NCBI RefSeq assembly: GCF_000002865.3
Contig: NW_001865082.1
Location: 212,381 to 259,076, forward strand
DNA from: Monosiga brevicollis MX1
Lineage: Eukaryota
DNA length: 46,696 nucleotides
Direction of reading: 5' to 3'
Part shown: positions 11,265 to 23,500 of the stretch, piece by piece
Position numbering within the stretch: position 1 is the stretch's first letter
Layout of the letters: each line of letters begins with the position of its first letter
Position numbers and translations under genes: made by a program
The notes under the pieces: model-generated
Told to the model about the DNA's origin: nothing
The model's input: the letters and a program-made list of their open reading frames with translations, nothing else
Database searches by the model: none

Positions 11265-14200
11265 ATGTGCGTTGTGCTGGCTTGCGCCATTTTGCGCGAA
11301 TCTGTGCTCGGGTGCCAGGGCTGGTGGCTTGAGTCTCATGCTGTTGATGGTCCTGCTCGTCTCGTTGTGCTCGTGACAGGTCCGATACTTTGACCCGTAT
11401 CGCCATTGTCAACCACGACAAGTGCAAGCCAAAGAAATGCCGTCAGGAATGTCGCAAGGGCTGCCCCGTCGTGCGAATGGGCAAGCAGTGCATTGAAGTG
11501 ACCCCCGCCGACAAGGCATGTCCTCTCCTTCTCGTCTACCAGAACGCTGTTGGGCAGAGCCGCAAGGCCAATTAGCACACGGTGGACCCTATGATCTACT
11601 TGACACGTTCTATGCATGAGTATTCATTGCTTCTCTTCTGTGCATCCAGGTGGCTTTCATCTCGGAGATTCTTTGCATTGGTTGTGGTATCTGTGTAAAG
11701 AAGTGCCCCTTTGAGGCCATTTCCATCATCAACCTGCCCAGCAACCTGTCCTCTGAGACCACCCATCGCTATGGCCCCAACGCCTTCAAGCTTCACCGAC
11801 TTCCCACCCCTCGCCCCGGAGAGGTTCTTGGGTGCGTACGACCTGCTTGCTCTTCTCGATGGTGCAGCACGCCCGTTGCAGCCATTGTCGCTTGTCTCTG
11901 CTGCTTGGCTCACATCACCTCGTCACACCAACAGTCTGGTCGGAACCAACGGTATCGGCAAGAGCACTGCGCTCAAGATCCTGGCTGGCCGTGAGGTGGG
12001 CTCGTTTGTCTGAGACGCACCGAACCAAATTGGCGTACCTTTGGCCAGGCAATGAGCAGGTATCTCACAGGCCTCCACCCTCATTTTCCTTACATTCTGT
12101 GCTGTACATCTTAGAAACCCAACTTGGGTCGCTTTGATGCCAACGCCCCCGAATGGGAGGAGATTCTCAAGGTTTGGCCCGGAGACCGTCACATCACGCT
12201 CCAAGCCCGACGTAGCTGGAACTCATGCGTTTGCCCATGAACTTTCCGCACGCTAGTATTTCCGTGGCTCCGAGTTGCAAAACTACTTTACCCGCATGCT
12301 CGAGGACAAGATGCGCGCCATCATCAAGCCCCAGTACGTCGATCAGATTCCCCGCGCCGTCAAGGGCACTGTTGAGGGCATCCTGAAGAGGAAGCTCGAG
12401 CGCGACAACTACGAGGTTCGTGCCTAGGTTCCCACGCTCTGTCTGCCTGTCGCTGCCACCACGTCTATCATTGTCAGCTCCTCTCCAACACAGATCGTGT
12501 CGACCCTTGAGCTGCTACCCTGGTCAAGTTCTCACACCCTGCTCCTGTTCATTCTCAACCTGCTAATGTTCGTAGGAGGTGCTTGACATGCTGGACCTGC
12601 GCAACGTGCTGGATCGTGAGGTCAAGGATCTGTCAGGTGGCGAGCTGCAGCGCTTTGCCATTGCCGTCACTTGCGTCCAGAGCGCTGAAATGCTCATGTT
12701 TGACGAGCCCTCCTCCTACCTGGACATCAAGCAGCGCTTGAAGGCTGCCAAGACCATTCGCAACCTGCGCGGCGAGAAGAAGTAAGCGCTAGCGACCGTC
12801 TCTGCCTAGTGCTGCCCGCCAAACCCATCTTGCTTGCCGTCGACACAAAAGCTCATGTTGAGCATGATGCTTGCCGCACACAGCTACATTCTGGTTGTTG
12901 AGCACGATCTCAGCGTGTTGGATTACATGTCCGACTTTGTGTGCTGCCTGTATGGCCAGCCCGGCGCCTACGGTGTTGTTACTATGCCCTTTTCCGTTCG
13001 CGAAGGTACGCCCCACGACCAACGGAAGCTCACGCGCTTGTTCTGCCAGATGCATACGTGTATTTCTCACCTAAAAATGTCCCAACAACTCGTCTTGTCT
13101 TTTTATTTTGATTGTTTGAAACCCAGGCATCAACATCTTCCTTGCGGGCTTTGTGCCCACGGAGAACATGCGTTTCCGTACCGAGTCACTCAACTTCAAG
13201 GTCTCTGACAACCTGGACCAGGAGGAAGTCAAGCGCATGCACACCTACAGCTATCCTGACATGACCAAGACGCTGGGCGACTTTAGCTTGAGCATTGAGG
13301 GCGGCGAGTTTAGCGACTCAGAGCTCATTGTCATGCTCGGCGAAAACGGTACCGGCAAATCCACCTTCATCCGCATGTGCGTCATTTCCCTTTGCGCTGT
13401 GGGACTCCCTTCTGTGTTTGGCCTGTGAACGTGCCATCGGATTCTCACTGCTGCATCTTCTGACGCAGGCTCGCTGGTCTGCTCAAGCCCGATGGCGATG
13501 AGGATGTGCCCGAACTGCGTGTCAGCTACAAGCCCCAGAAGATTGCGCCCAAGTTTGATGGCACCGTTCGTCAGTTGTTGCACATGAGGATTCGCGATGC
13601 CTACATCCATCCTCAGGTTTGACTCTCGTCACGCTACGTATCCTTGATACCTGTTGCACGAACTTGCTGCGACCGTCTTTTTCGAAGACTCACTCGGTTG
13701 GTTTTGGCCCTTACCGTTCTTTGAACCACAGTTCACGTCGGATGTGATGAAGCCCATGATCATCGAGCCTCTGATGGACCAGATGGTTCTCCATCTGTCC
13801 GGTGGTGAATTGCAGCGCGTGGCCATGACCCTTTGCCTGGGTAAGCCAGCTGACATCTATTTGATCGATGAGCCTTCAGCCTACCTGGACTCCGAACAGC
13901 GTCTCGCTGCCTCCAAGGTTTGTGCAAAAGCGTTGCCATGTGCCCGCTCTTCTGTCCAATTCGCTTTGTGCCATTCAGGTTGAACACCCCTTCTTTGTAA
14001 CTTGCTCACGACCATCGCACTCTCTACGTGCCTGCGTTCGATTTCGGCTCCTTTTTTTTATTTTCCTCCGCTTCTTGCCAGACCATCAAGCGCTTCATTC
14101 TGCATGCCAAGAAGACGGCGTTTATCGTCGAGCACGATTTTATCATGGCTACCTATCTGGCCGATCGCGTGGTCGTCTTTTCTGGTACACCCTCAGTCAA

Positions 14201-14390
14201 GACGCTGGCGTCGGCGCCTCAGCCTCTGTTGACGGGCATGAACTCCTTCTTGGAGTCGCTCGACGTCACCTTCCGTCGCGATCCCACCAACTACCGCCCC
14301 CGCATCAACAAGCCCAACTCGGTCAAGGATGTGGAGCAGAAGCGCGCTGGCACATACTTCTTCCTGGACACCGACGGTGACAAGGAGTAA
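11265..14390 (+). CDS. ABCE1: ABCE1/RLI1 ribosome-recycling ATPase; exons 11265-11266, 11380-11515, 11650-11831, 11935-11995, 12115-12171, 12257-12415, 12576-12781, 12884-13005, 13127-13376, 13469-13616, 13732-13917, 14082-14390
   Basis: Fe-S domain [20 protein letters not shown]...[13 protein letters not shown]. Two ABC cassettes: GTNGIGKST / LSGGELQR / FDEPSSYLD and GENGTGKST / LSGGELQR / [10 protein letters not shown]-terminal [15 protein letters not shown]. Confidence 0.97.
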
Positions 14391-14876
14391 ACTTGACGAC
14401 ACTTTTAAGTCCCCCATTCTTGGATGCACCCGGCCTTATGCTTTCTCGTCCTCACACCTTTTGGTTGTGCATGTGTTGTGTGTGTGTGAAGATGCACATT
14501 ATGTAGTCCCGTTCTCCTCGTTTAAACGCCAGTCCTCTGGCCTGTGAACCCGAGCCTCTGACGGTCTGGCCAATTTTGTTTGGGTCTTTCCGTGAGAGGC
14601 AATTGCCGAGCTCTGCGTGTATGGACGTTCTCTCATTCAAATCGATTCCCCACAAGCTCATTTTTGTGGGTAAGAAGAATAATACGCCTATGTTTGGATC
14701 TGTTACTTCGTACATCCGATCTAGCAGGTTCGTTGGAAAGGGCAGCGCCACATCTTAGTCATGAATCAGGGTTAAACGTACTGGCCAACGGCGCCCGAAG
14801 GCCCCGGCCCCTGTACAAAAGTGGCAAGCAGTCGAGTGACTCTTGATGTCCCACAACCGTGGCGTGATTCAGCTGA

Positions 14877-16046
14877 TTAAAAGACGGTGATGGTCAGCAG
14901 CTCACATGCTACCGGCAAGGACGCCATGGTGCGCCATACTGGACCGAAAAGGGAGAGTGAATCATCGAAGATGGTGGTGTCCTTGCCACCAACCACGTAA
15001 AACCGATTTTGAAACACAGCGCCAGCCATCGAGTGGCATGCCCTAGGAAGGGGGTGGCTCGTGCTCCAGGCTGAGCCGTTGAAAACCTCGACCGAGGCGA
15101 GCGTGGCGTCGGAGTAGCCACCGACCACGAAAAGGCGATTTGAGTAGACAGCTGCCGTCATGGCCCCTCGCGGAGTTGTTAGGGGCGGCATGGCGCGCCA
15201 CTGCAGCCCGTCAAAGGCGTCCACGTTGGCGAGGCGAGATCGCTCCTGTGCCCCGCCAATGGCGAAAAGTTTGTTTTCAAAGACGACCGCCGAAAAACCG
15301 GCTCGAGGCACAAGCATAGGTGTACCCACACGCCATGCCGTCCCATCATAAATTTCAACAAGGGAGAGTGGCGTGCTGCCTCGAGTTCCACCCAGAGCAA
15401 AGAGCTGGTCCTGGAAAACAACGGCGGCCAAGTAGCCGCGCGCCGTTGGCATGGGCTGTCCCTCAGTCCAAACGATTCCCCCGAGACGGTAAACACTGGA
15501 TGAGGGGTCAACATCCATATCCGTAAAGCCACCAACTATATGCAGTTGCTTCCTAAAGACGGCAGCGCCATGGGCATGGCGCCGCACCGGAAGCTTGGGG
15601 CCCGGGTGCCAGTTGGTGCCATCGAAGCGATACACATCATCCAAGGAAACGCTGTTGCGGCCTCCGACGGCGACGAGCTGGGCATCGAAGGCTGGTATGC
15701 GGTGCTGCAGCTGAGCCAACATCCGGGCTTGCGTCGCCAGTAGAACGGCTTGCGTCTCCAGCAAGTTCTTCTGCTGCGCCGCTTGAAGCTGCTGCTGAGC
15801 GAGTTGCGCCGCGACGTCGACGCCGTCCAGAAAAACGCGTGCGCCTTCACGCAGCGACGCGTTGATAAACAAATTGCCCGCCACATCTGTATACAAACCG
15901 GGAAAACCATCACCTTCCACCAAACCCACCGTCACCCCATGCCAGAGCAGGCAGCAAGTTAGCAGGACGACCCTCAGCCAGGAGACAGCTGACCGCTTCG
16001 CCCCGCCAGCGCCCCGCACCATGCCGAATGCTTCTGACATTTCCAT
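14877..16046 (-). CDS. Six-bladed Kelch-repeat protein with a signal/TM segment and short coiled coil; intronless
   Basis: Hydrophobic VSWLRVVLLTCCLLWHGVTVG, then a Q-rich helix, then six GG-type Kelch repeats (VAVGGR, LHIVGGF, LFALGGT, LFAIGGA, LFVVGGY, FYVVGGK) with the conserved W and PxxR. The upstream extension in the ORF track is only the GA repeat and a gap. Confidence 0.85.
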   Translation of the reverse strand: MEMSEAFGMVRGAGGAKRSAVSWLRVVLLTCCLLWHGVTVGLVEGDGFPGLYTDVAGNLFINASLREGARVFLDGVDVAAQLAQQQLQAAQQKNLLETQAVLLATQARMLAQLQHRIPAFDAQLVAVGGRNSVSLDDVYRFDGTNWHPGPKLPVRRHAHGAAVFRKQLHIVGGFTDMDVDPSSSVYRLGGIVWTEGQPMPTARGYLAAVVFQDQLFALGGTRGSTPLSLVEIYDGTAWRVGTPMLVPRAGFSAVVFENKLFAIGGAQERSRLANVDAFDGLQWRAMPPLTTPRGAMTAAVYSNRLFVVGGYSDATLASVEVFNGSAWSTSHPLPRACHSMAGAVFQNRFYVVGGKDTTIFDDSLSLFGPVWRTMASLPVACELLTITVF

Positions 16047-16061
16047 CTGACAATTACCGTT

Positions 16062-16611
<550 letters not shown>

Positions 16612-17043
16612 NNNNNNNNNNNNNNNNNNNNNNNNNNNNNNNNNNNNNNNNNNNNNNNNNNNNNNNNNNNNNNNNNNNNNNNNNNNNNNNNNNNNNNNNN
16701 NNNNNNNNNNNNNNNNNNNNNNNNNNNNNNNNNNNNNNNNNNNNNNNNNNNNNNNNNNNNNNNNNNNNNNNNNNNNNNNNNNNNNNNNNNNNNNNNNNNN
16801 NNNNNNNNNNNNNNNNNNNNNNNNNNNNNNNNNNNNNNNNNNNNNNNNNNNNNNNNNNNNNNNNNNNNNNNNNNNNNNNNNNNNNNNNNNNNNNNNNNNN
16901 NNNNNNNNNNNNNNNNNNNNNNNNNNNNNNNNNNNNNNNNNNNNNNNNNNNNNNNNNNNNNNNNNNNNNNNNNNNNNNNNNNNNNNNNNNNNNNNNNNNN
17001 NNNNNNNNNNNNNNNNNNNNNNNNNNNNNNNNNNNNNNNNNNN
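16612..17043. other. Assembly gap (contains the 5' end of the helicase gene)
   Basis: Run of N. Confidence 1.
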
Positions 17044-20000
17044 CGAGCGTTGGTACCACCACGGTCGTCCGTGCTGGACCTGGATCGGGCAAGACGCGTG
17101 TGCTTACCGGCCGTGCCGCCTGGCTCATACTCAACCAAAATGTCAAACCCTCTGACATTGCGCTTTTGACTTTTACTCGCAAGGCAGCTGAGGAAATGTC
17201 TACGCGACTTGGTGAGCTCATCAACTGCCGCCAGGAGGTTTCGTGCGGCACCTTTCACTCGGTAGCCCGGTCCTTGCTGTGCAAAAGAGAAAAGCGTGCG
17301 GGCAACCATTCAGATTTCAAATGCATCAATAATGAGACTGTCAAACACACCCTGAGGAGCTTTGAAAAAGAATTCGAGCTCGCGCGAAGGAAGGGTGTGG
17401 AACTTGAGGTTGACACCATTCGTGACACCATTCACCGTGTCAAAATGCTACGCTGGAGCCCCCATGACCTGAGCTGCGAGATTGACAGGCTCGAGGCAAA
17501 GAGCGATCGATCAAAGACGGAACATCGAACTCTTGCGCAGTACCGTTCCACCTTGCCATTTTACGAGCGGTACAAAGAGCACTGCCAACGCCAGAACTGG
17601 CTTGATTTTGACGACCAGCTGCTCAATTGTGACAAGTATTTGGAGCAGAATTCGCAGATCAAACCCTTCAAGCACGTTCTAGTGGACGAGTTCCAGGACA
17701 CCAACCTGATTCAATATACGATGGCACGCCGCTTGGCCGCAGACGGCAACCTCTTTGTGGTGGGTGATCCCAACCAAGCCATATACAGCTGGTGTGGTGC
17801 ACAGCCCAATATCTTTGTTCGCATACAAAAGGACTATGCCTCAAACGTCCAGCAAATTGAGCTTCGCAAGAACTATCGCTCAACCAAAGCCATTCTCAAG
17901 TTCAGCTCGACACTCATTTGTCAGCAGCAGTTGAGCTCCGATGCATCGCAGTCGGACAGCCAGGGCACCAAACAGGCCACACAGGAGCAGGGGCCCGACG
18001 TTTGCTTGACCACATACCCGGTGGGCTCCTTCTCGTCACCGTTCTGATCACCTTTTTACCCCACAAATGTTTTGTAAATTGGTCCTTGCACAAATCCAGC
18101 CCTCGGCGTTCTCTCATCACACCGCCATTCTCGTCATGTTCATGCTCGTCTGTAAATGGCTTAGTCATTGCAAGAAGAGCTCTCCGGCATTGTTCAAATC
18201 TTTTCTCAGACGGCCAACCGCGCGAAAAGTTGGTACTCTTGCTTCTGCCTAAAGGCACACCGGTGCAGACACACAAGCACAGACATTCACACACAAGCTT
18301 ACCAAGTCAATAATGAAGTGGCTGCGGGCTTTGGTCATGCACAGTTTATCATGTGTCAAACTCAATGCTGTGCTACCCTTCTTGCCATCTTGCTTTCCCT
18401 TTTCTGTGCCCTGCTTTCGTCTTTCTCCTTGCAGCCTCCTTACGCTATTCAGACTTTGCCATTTTACTTCGTACCAATGCCACTTTGTGCAATGTTGAAC
18501 AGGTAGGCCTTTGATCCGGAAAGTCTTTCCTGAATACCCCTTTTACGTTTGGTATACACCCGAGGCCGTCATCTGAAGCAGCCTGACAAACTGTGTTTTA
18601 GGAACTGAAGATACACCATCTGCCTTATCGCCTGGCTGGAAAAACCGGACCTTTCCAGAGCCAGGAAGTCGGCGACCTGCTTGCGTATCTTCGCCTGATC
18701 AACGACAGGTCTGATGATGATGATGCTTTCAAGCGTATCTGCAACAGACCTAGTCGCGGGATTGGTGTGCAGACTCTAAACAAACTGGACAACTTGGCGA
18801 AAGAGCAAAAGACAAGCCTATTTTCGGCCGCTGCCACTTCACAGCTCAAACCCGCCAAGTCTTTTGCAGATCTCATTGCAGAGCTGCGCGGCCGTTTGGG
18901 CAACTTTAAGGAGCTGTCCGAGTACATACAAATGGTGATTAAGGAGATCAAATTCGAGGAGCATGTCAAGAAGACTTGTAAAGCTGCAAAGACAGATGAC
19001 GAGCATGGTGAAAACGATTTTACGCGACGCTGGAAAAACGTTGAGCTCCTGATTGATTGCGCAACCAGTACTCAGCAACAGCAGTGCCAGCAACATGGCG
19101 CCAAAGCCTCGGATGATGTAGAACGATCCATTCAGGACCTGTTGATCAACTTTGTCGAACGGTATTCTGATGGCATCACTGTATCCACCGTTCACAAAGC
19201 AAAGGGTCTCGAATGGGCAGTCGTGGCTGTTCCCGATGTCAACGATCATAATTATCCCCACATCAATACCCAACACGATGGCGACGACGCCGGGGTAGAC
19301 GAAGAGAGGCGCCTGCTCTATGTACGCGCAGCCTGTATCTGACCCACCTGTGCCTGCTAGGGATCAACAGCCAGCTCTTATCTCACGCGTTGACAATGTC
19401 CGCGGGCGTTGCACATAGGTGGCATGCAGCCGACCCAAGGTGGCCCTTCTTTTGTCTCGAGCCACAACAAAAACAGCCCGGGATCATGGAGGCTTCCCGA
19501 TTACCACGCAGCCATCACGATTCCTTCAAAATATTCACAAACTTGTTCGCAGGGGACCAATAGACCCTGATTGGGTAACTCAATGCTTGTCTTGGGTCTC
19601 AAAGCTTAAGATGCTTAAATTACCTTTATTGTCCGGGCATGCCGTACGTGCCCAGCAAACCACGCTACTCGGTCTCGACCTTCCAACACCCCATGAAGTT
19701 GACTCGGAAGCGGGTAGCACTTGCTCACGCAACAACGGGGCGTCTACGCCTGGTCGCGAGCAGATAATGCGTAGTACCAGCGCCATCGTACCAAGGTCTG
19801 AGGTGGCCCAATCAGCTGAGGTCGAGCAAACCCATGCGGCACCACAAGACCAGCAAGGCCATGACGAATCTACTCAGTCCCCAGAGCCTCGACTTCGTCA
19901 GGCATCAATCAAGCTGACGGCGCGCAGCGTTACCTATGGTCTCGGGGATCGAAACCGCGCCAAAACTCCTGGTTTGCAGGATAAAAAGCAGGGCAGCAAG

Positions 20001-20255
20001 CCCAAAAACATGCCTAAAAAGCAGCCTGGCAAGGCCAAACGACGACGCAGACAGCAAGAGCACAATCTTCAGCCCACACAGACACTACTGGACGGCTTTG
20101 TCTCACGAGGACCCAGGTCTAGGCAAGGAGCAAAGACGCTGCTTGCGGCAGTGTGCCAGCCTACTCAGGTGAATCTTGATTTGAGCGCACAGCAAGGCAC
20201 ATGCAAGCAAGAAGGTGATGGGGAGCCAATTCCCAAGAGGAAGCCGGCGTTATAG
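17044..20255 (+). CDS. UvrD/PcrA/Srs2-like SF1A DNA helicase; exons ~17044-18020, 18165-18228, 18435-18502, 18602-19321, 19419-20255; 5' end in the gap
   Basis: Motifs in order: VRAGPGSGKT (I), LLTFTRKAAEEM (Ia), TFHS, VLVDEFQDTN (II), VVGDPNQAIYSW (III), LRKNYRST (IV), YSDFAILLRTNA, LLAYLRLIND...NRPSRGIG, STVHKAKGLEW (V), EERRLLY|VACSR (VI). Ends in a low-complexity basic tail. Confidence 0.92.
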
Positions 20256-20580
20256 GACGCAACCGCGTTTATCGATTGCGCCAATGTCGTACGTATGTGA
20301 GGACCGCATTAGGTGTTGCGAATCGTTTCTCAGTGCCCTCGGCCTGGCTTGTGGTCGGTGATGCACATGTCAAGGCGACTGGGGAAATGCTTGCATGAAT
20401 GATGGCCTCTCGCGCAGACCCAAGAATACAAAGCTGTAGCATTAGATTCGTTCCAATCACAGATCAATTATAAGAGTTCGTTCACTGCTAATCAATAACT
20501 CATGTCTCAGCCATTGGCAACACGAGTTCATGCAAGCATACGGTGCGACTTTTGTTAAAGTGCTGGCACGATAAAGACGA

Positions 20581-23500
20581 TTAAACGTTGCTGTCCACCG
20601 ACAGCTCGATATCGATAGTTCCTGCTGTCAGAGAGGCTAGGTCACTCGATTTGTCACCGTCATTCTCCTCAAAGCGCACCGTCACAGCCGACTTGGTCAG
20701 GGAGGGACGAGAAGAGCTTCCTGCATCGATCTTGGAGTCATCTGGAACAATATCCACAGCCACACTGTCAAACATCGCCTGGGGTGCCATGGGCGAGGGC
20801 GGTGCAACCAAGTCGCGGATGTTTGAGGGTCGGCGCGCGTTAGGAACAGAGGCCAAGCTGCGCATGGAGGCCACGCTGAACTGTGACTTGCGTGACTTGC
20901 GATTTGGTTGCTCCTCAGTGTCTGAAACCTGAGGAGCATGGCCAAGCCAGTAGGTCTGCATCTTGCCCAGGCCCTTGATGGACACTACTGGGTCACGTCG
21001 AATGACATTGAGGGACACATCCTGCTTCTGCACAAGCGCTGCCGCCTCGGGGGACATGTGAATGCAGTTTCGCACGCTGTTGCTCTCCATGCGCGATGCG
21101 CAGTTGACGGTCGACCCAAAAAGGCAGAAGCGCGGCGTCAACGTGCCAACAACGTTGCTCACAACTGGGCCGCTGTGAAAGCCCACACGAATGTCAATGT
21201 GGGGACCGTCGGGATCGTTTTCCAAGATGGGGATGGCATTGGCAGCTTTCAAGGCGTCCATCGCAAATCGTGCCACACGCGCCGCGTGGTCTGATTGTGT
21301 CGTGAATAGGTTGCTTACGCACATGTAGGCGTCGCCAATGGTTTCAATCTTGTATAGTCCGTGCTTGTCACAGAGCTGATCAAACTCCCGGTAGAGGCGA
21401 TCCAGCATGTTGGAAACCTGCATGGGCTCTAGAGTGGCGCTCATATCCGTAAAACCGCAAATGTCTGAAAAAAAGATGGTAACCTCGGCGTGGTGCTCAG
21501 GCTCTGACAGAAGGGGCGGGGCCGAGCCAAACAGGGATGAGGCAGGCCAGCGGCTCGAATCCAAAACACCAGCTGGATAAATTTTCGCTACACAGCAAGT
21601 TGTGGCAGAGCCTTTCTTACCGATGGTTCGCCCCTCGCGCAAGGCTGTGGCAATGTGCTTGGGAAAGACTTGCTCGAGCAAAGCATTGTCCTGGAAGGCG
21701 CCCTTGCGAGAATTAATCTTCATCTTGCCTTCGAGTGGCTCAATACGTCGCAAGAGCTCCACGAAAGTAGGCCTCGTGTCGGGATCTGCTGCCAGAGACT
21801 CCTGCAGACATTGGGGTGGGATGGTGAGTTTTGCAGCCTCTTTTGTGGACGAGAACAACACCGTTGTGACACGTCACGTGTAGAACCAACGACCAAGCAC
21901 TGGTTGCCAAACTCACATTCATCAGCACAGCAAACTCGGCCGGCATGTTGGTTGGCGCATTTGGACGAAGCTTGCGCCGCACAATGTTCTGTGCCAGGGT
22001 CTCTGAGTCGTAGTCAACATCCTCGTAGGGGTCCTCGCGGGAGAAAATTTCAAACATGACAATGCCAAAGCTATAGACGTCGCTTTCAAATGACGTGATG
22101 TTGCCCTGTAGCAACTCTGCTCCGCCACATTGCACACAAAATGAGAGCAGTAGCAGCTCGAGACATTGCAACCAGGTTGTGCATGATTCAGCAAACGTAC
22201 CAGGTGCCATCCAGGATAGCGTGCCTCCGCGTTGGCTATGCTCAGAGGCCAAGCCAGCCATACCAAAATCGGACACTTTGACGTGAAACTTGCTGTCGAC
22301 CAAGCAGTTCTGTGAAGGAAAGCCGCATAAGTTGATGATATATATCGCGAGGCCGTCAACTGAGTTGAACACGCGCGCCTTGTCGCGTAGATTTGCCTTA
22401 CCAGGGCCTTGAGATCGCCGTGGATCAAGTCTGCGTTGTGCAGGTAGCGCATCCCGCTGGTAATGTCGTGAATGGCGTTGTAGCGAAAGTCATCGTCCAA
22501 GTCCATGGCCTCATTGTGAAGCATACTGTACAGCGAACCCATCTCCATGTACTCCCTGCCAAGTATGATGCGGGCAGGGGCAAGAGCATTATGACTCAAG
22601 GAAAGAAACAGAGCTGTTCAACACCCTTTTTGTGTTCACAGAAACAACAACAACAACAACCAAGAAATAAAAGCACCAAACACAAGCCCGAGGGCCAGTC
22701 ACAGACCATGGCGTCCAACATACAAGATCATCAAGGGCTCCATGCCCGACTCGACAACAGCTCCCATCATGCGGCAAATGTTGTCATGTTGCATACGGCT
22801 CAACAGGCGCATCTCTCGAAACAGTTGCCGGCGAGCCCGCGTCTCAGGCGAAGGGCCAAAAATACGCTCGTACCAAGGGCGCTGGGACATGGTAGTGACG
22901 CGACCGGATCGAATTGTCGACCCATGACTAACGCTACCAAGCTTTTCGGCCACGGCTTCAGCCTCGACAAAGACGTTGCGGACAAAGTTGCGAGCCATGC
23001 GCTCCTTGCTCCTGCCCGTCTGGCGCCGATGCGAGTGAAAGGGCAGGCCGTACCCGTTGTTGGTGCCGCTTTTCAGGGTACTTTCATGCGTTTTGCTTGA
23101 GGTTCGAAACTTGCCTTTCTTGCTGACATATGCGCGCTTGACGGCCACCATCTGCCCGCGAAACTTGGCCGCCAGTACCACACCAAAGGAACCCGAGCCC
23201 AGAACCTCGGCCGGCTGCTCCATCACCAGCTCAGCGGGGTTGATTTGCCAAATGCCATCCGCCTTCAAATGCTGGCGGTGCAGCAGATAAAACACCAAGA
23301 GCACCACCAGCAGGGCAATCGGGATCAAGATTTGGAGAATGAAGACGCCCATTTGCTGACAAGTGGAGCCGATGCGAACAAAGCCCGTTTTACAACGACA
23401 CGTGCCCTTTGACGTGTACGTTTCATCAGCGCGGCAAATCCGCACGCAAGGCTCGCAAATGCACGTATAGTTGAAGCCTTCGCGCACTGGACACGAATAG

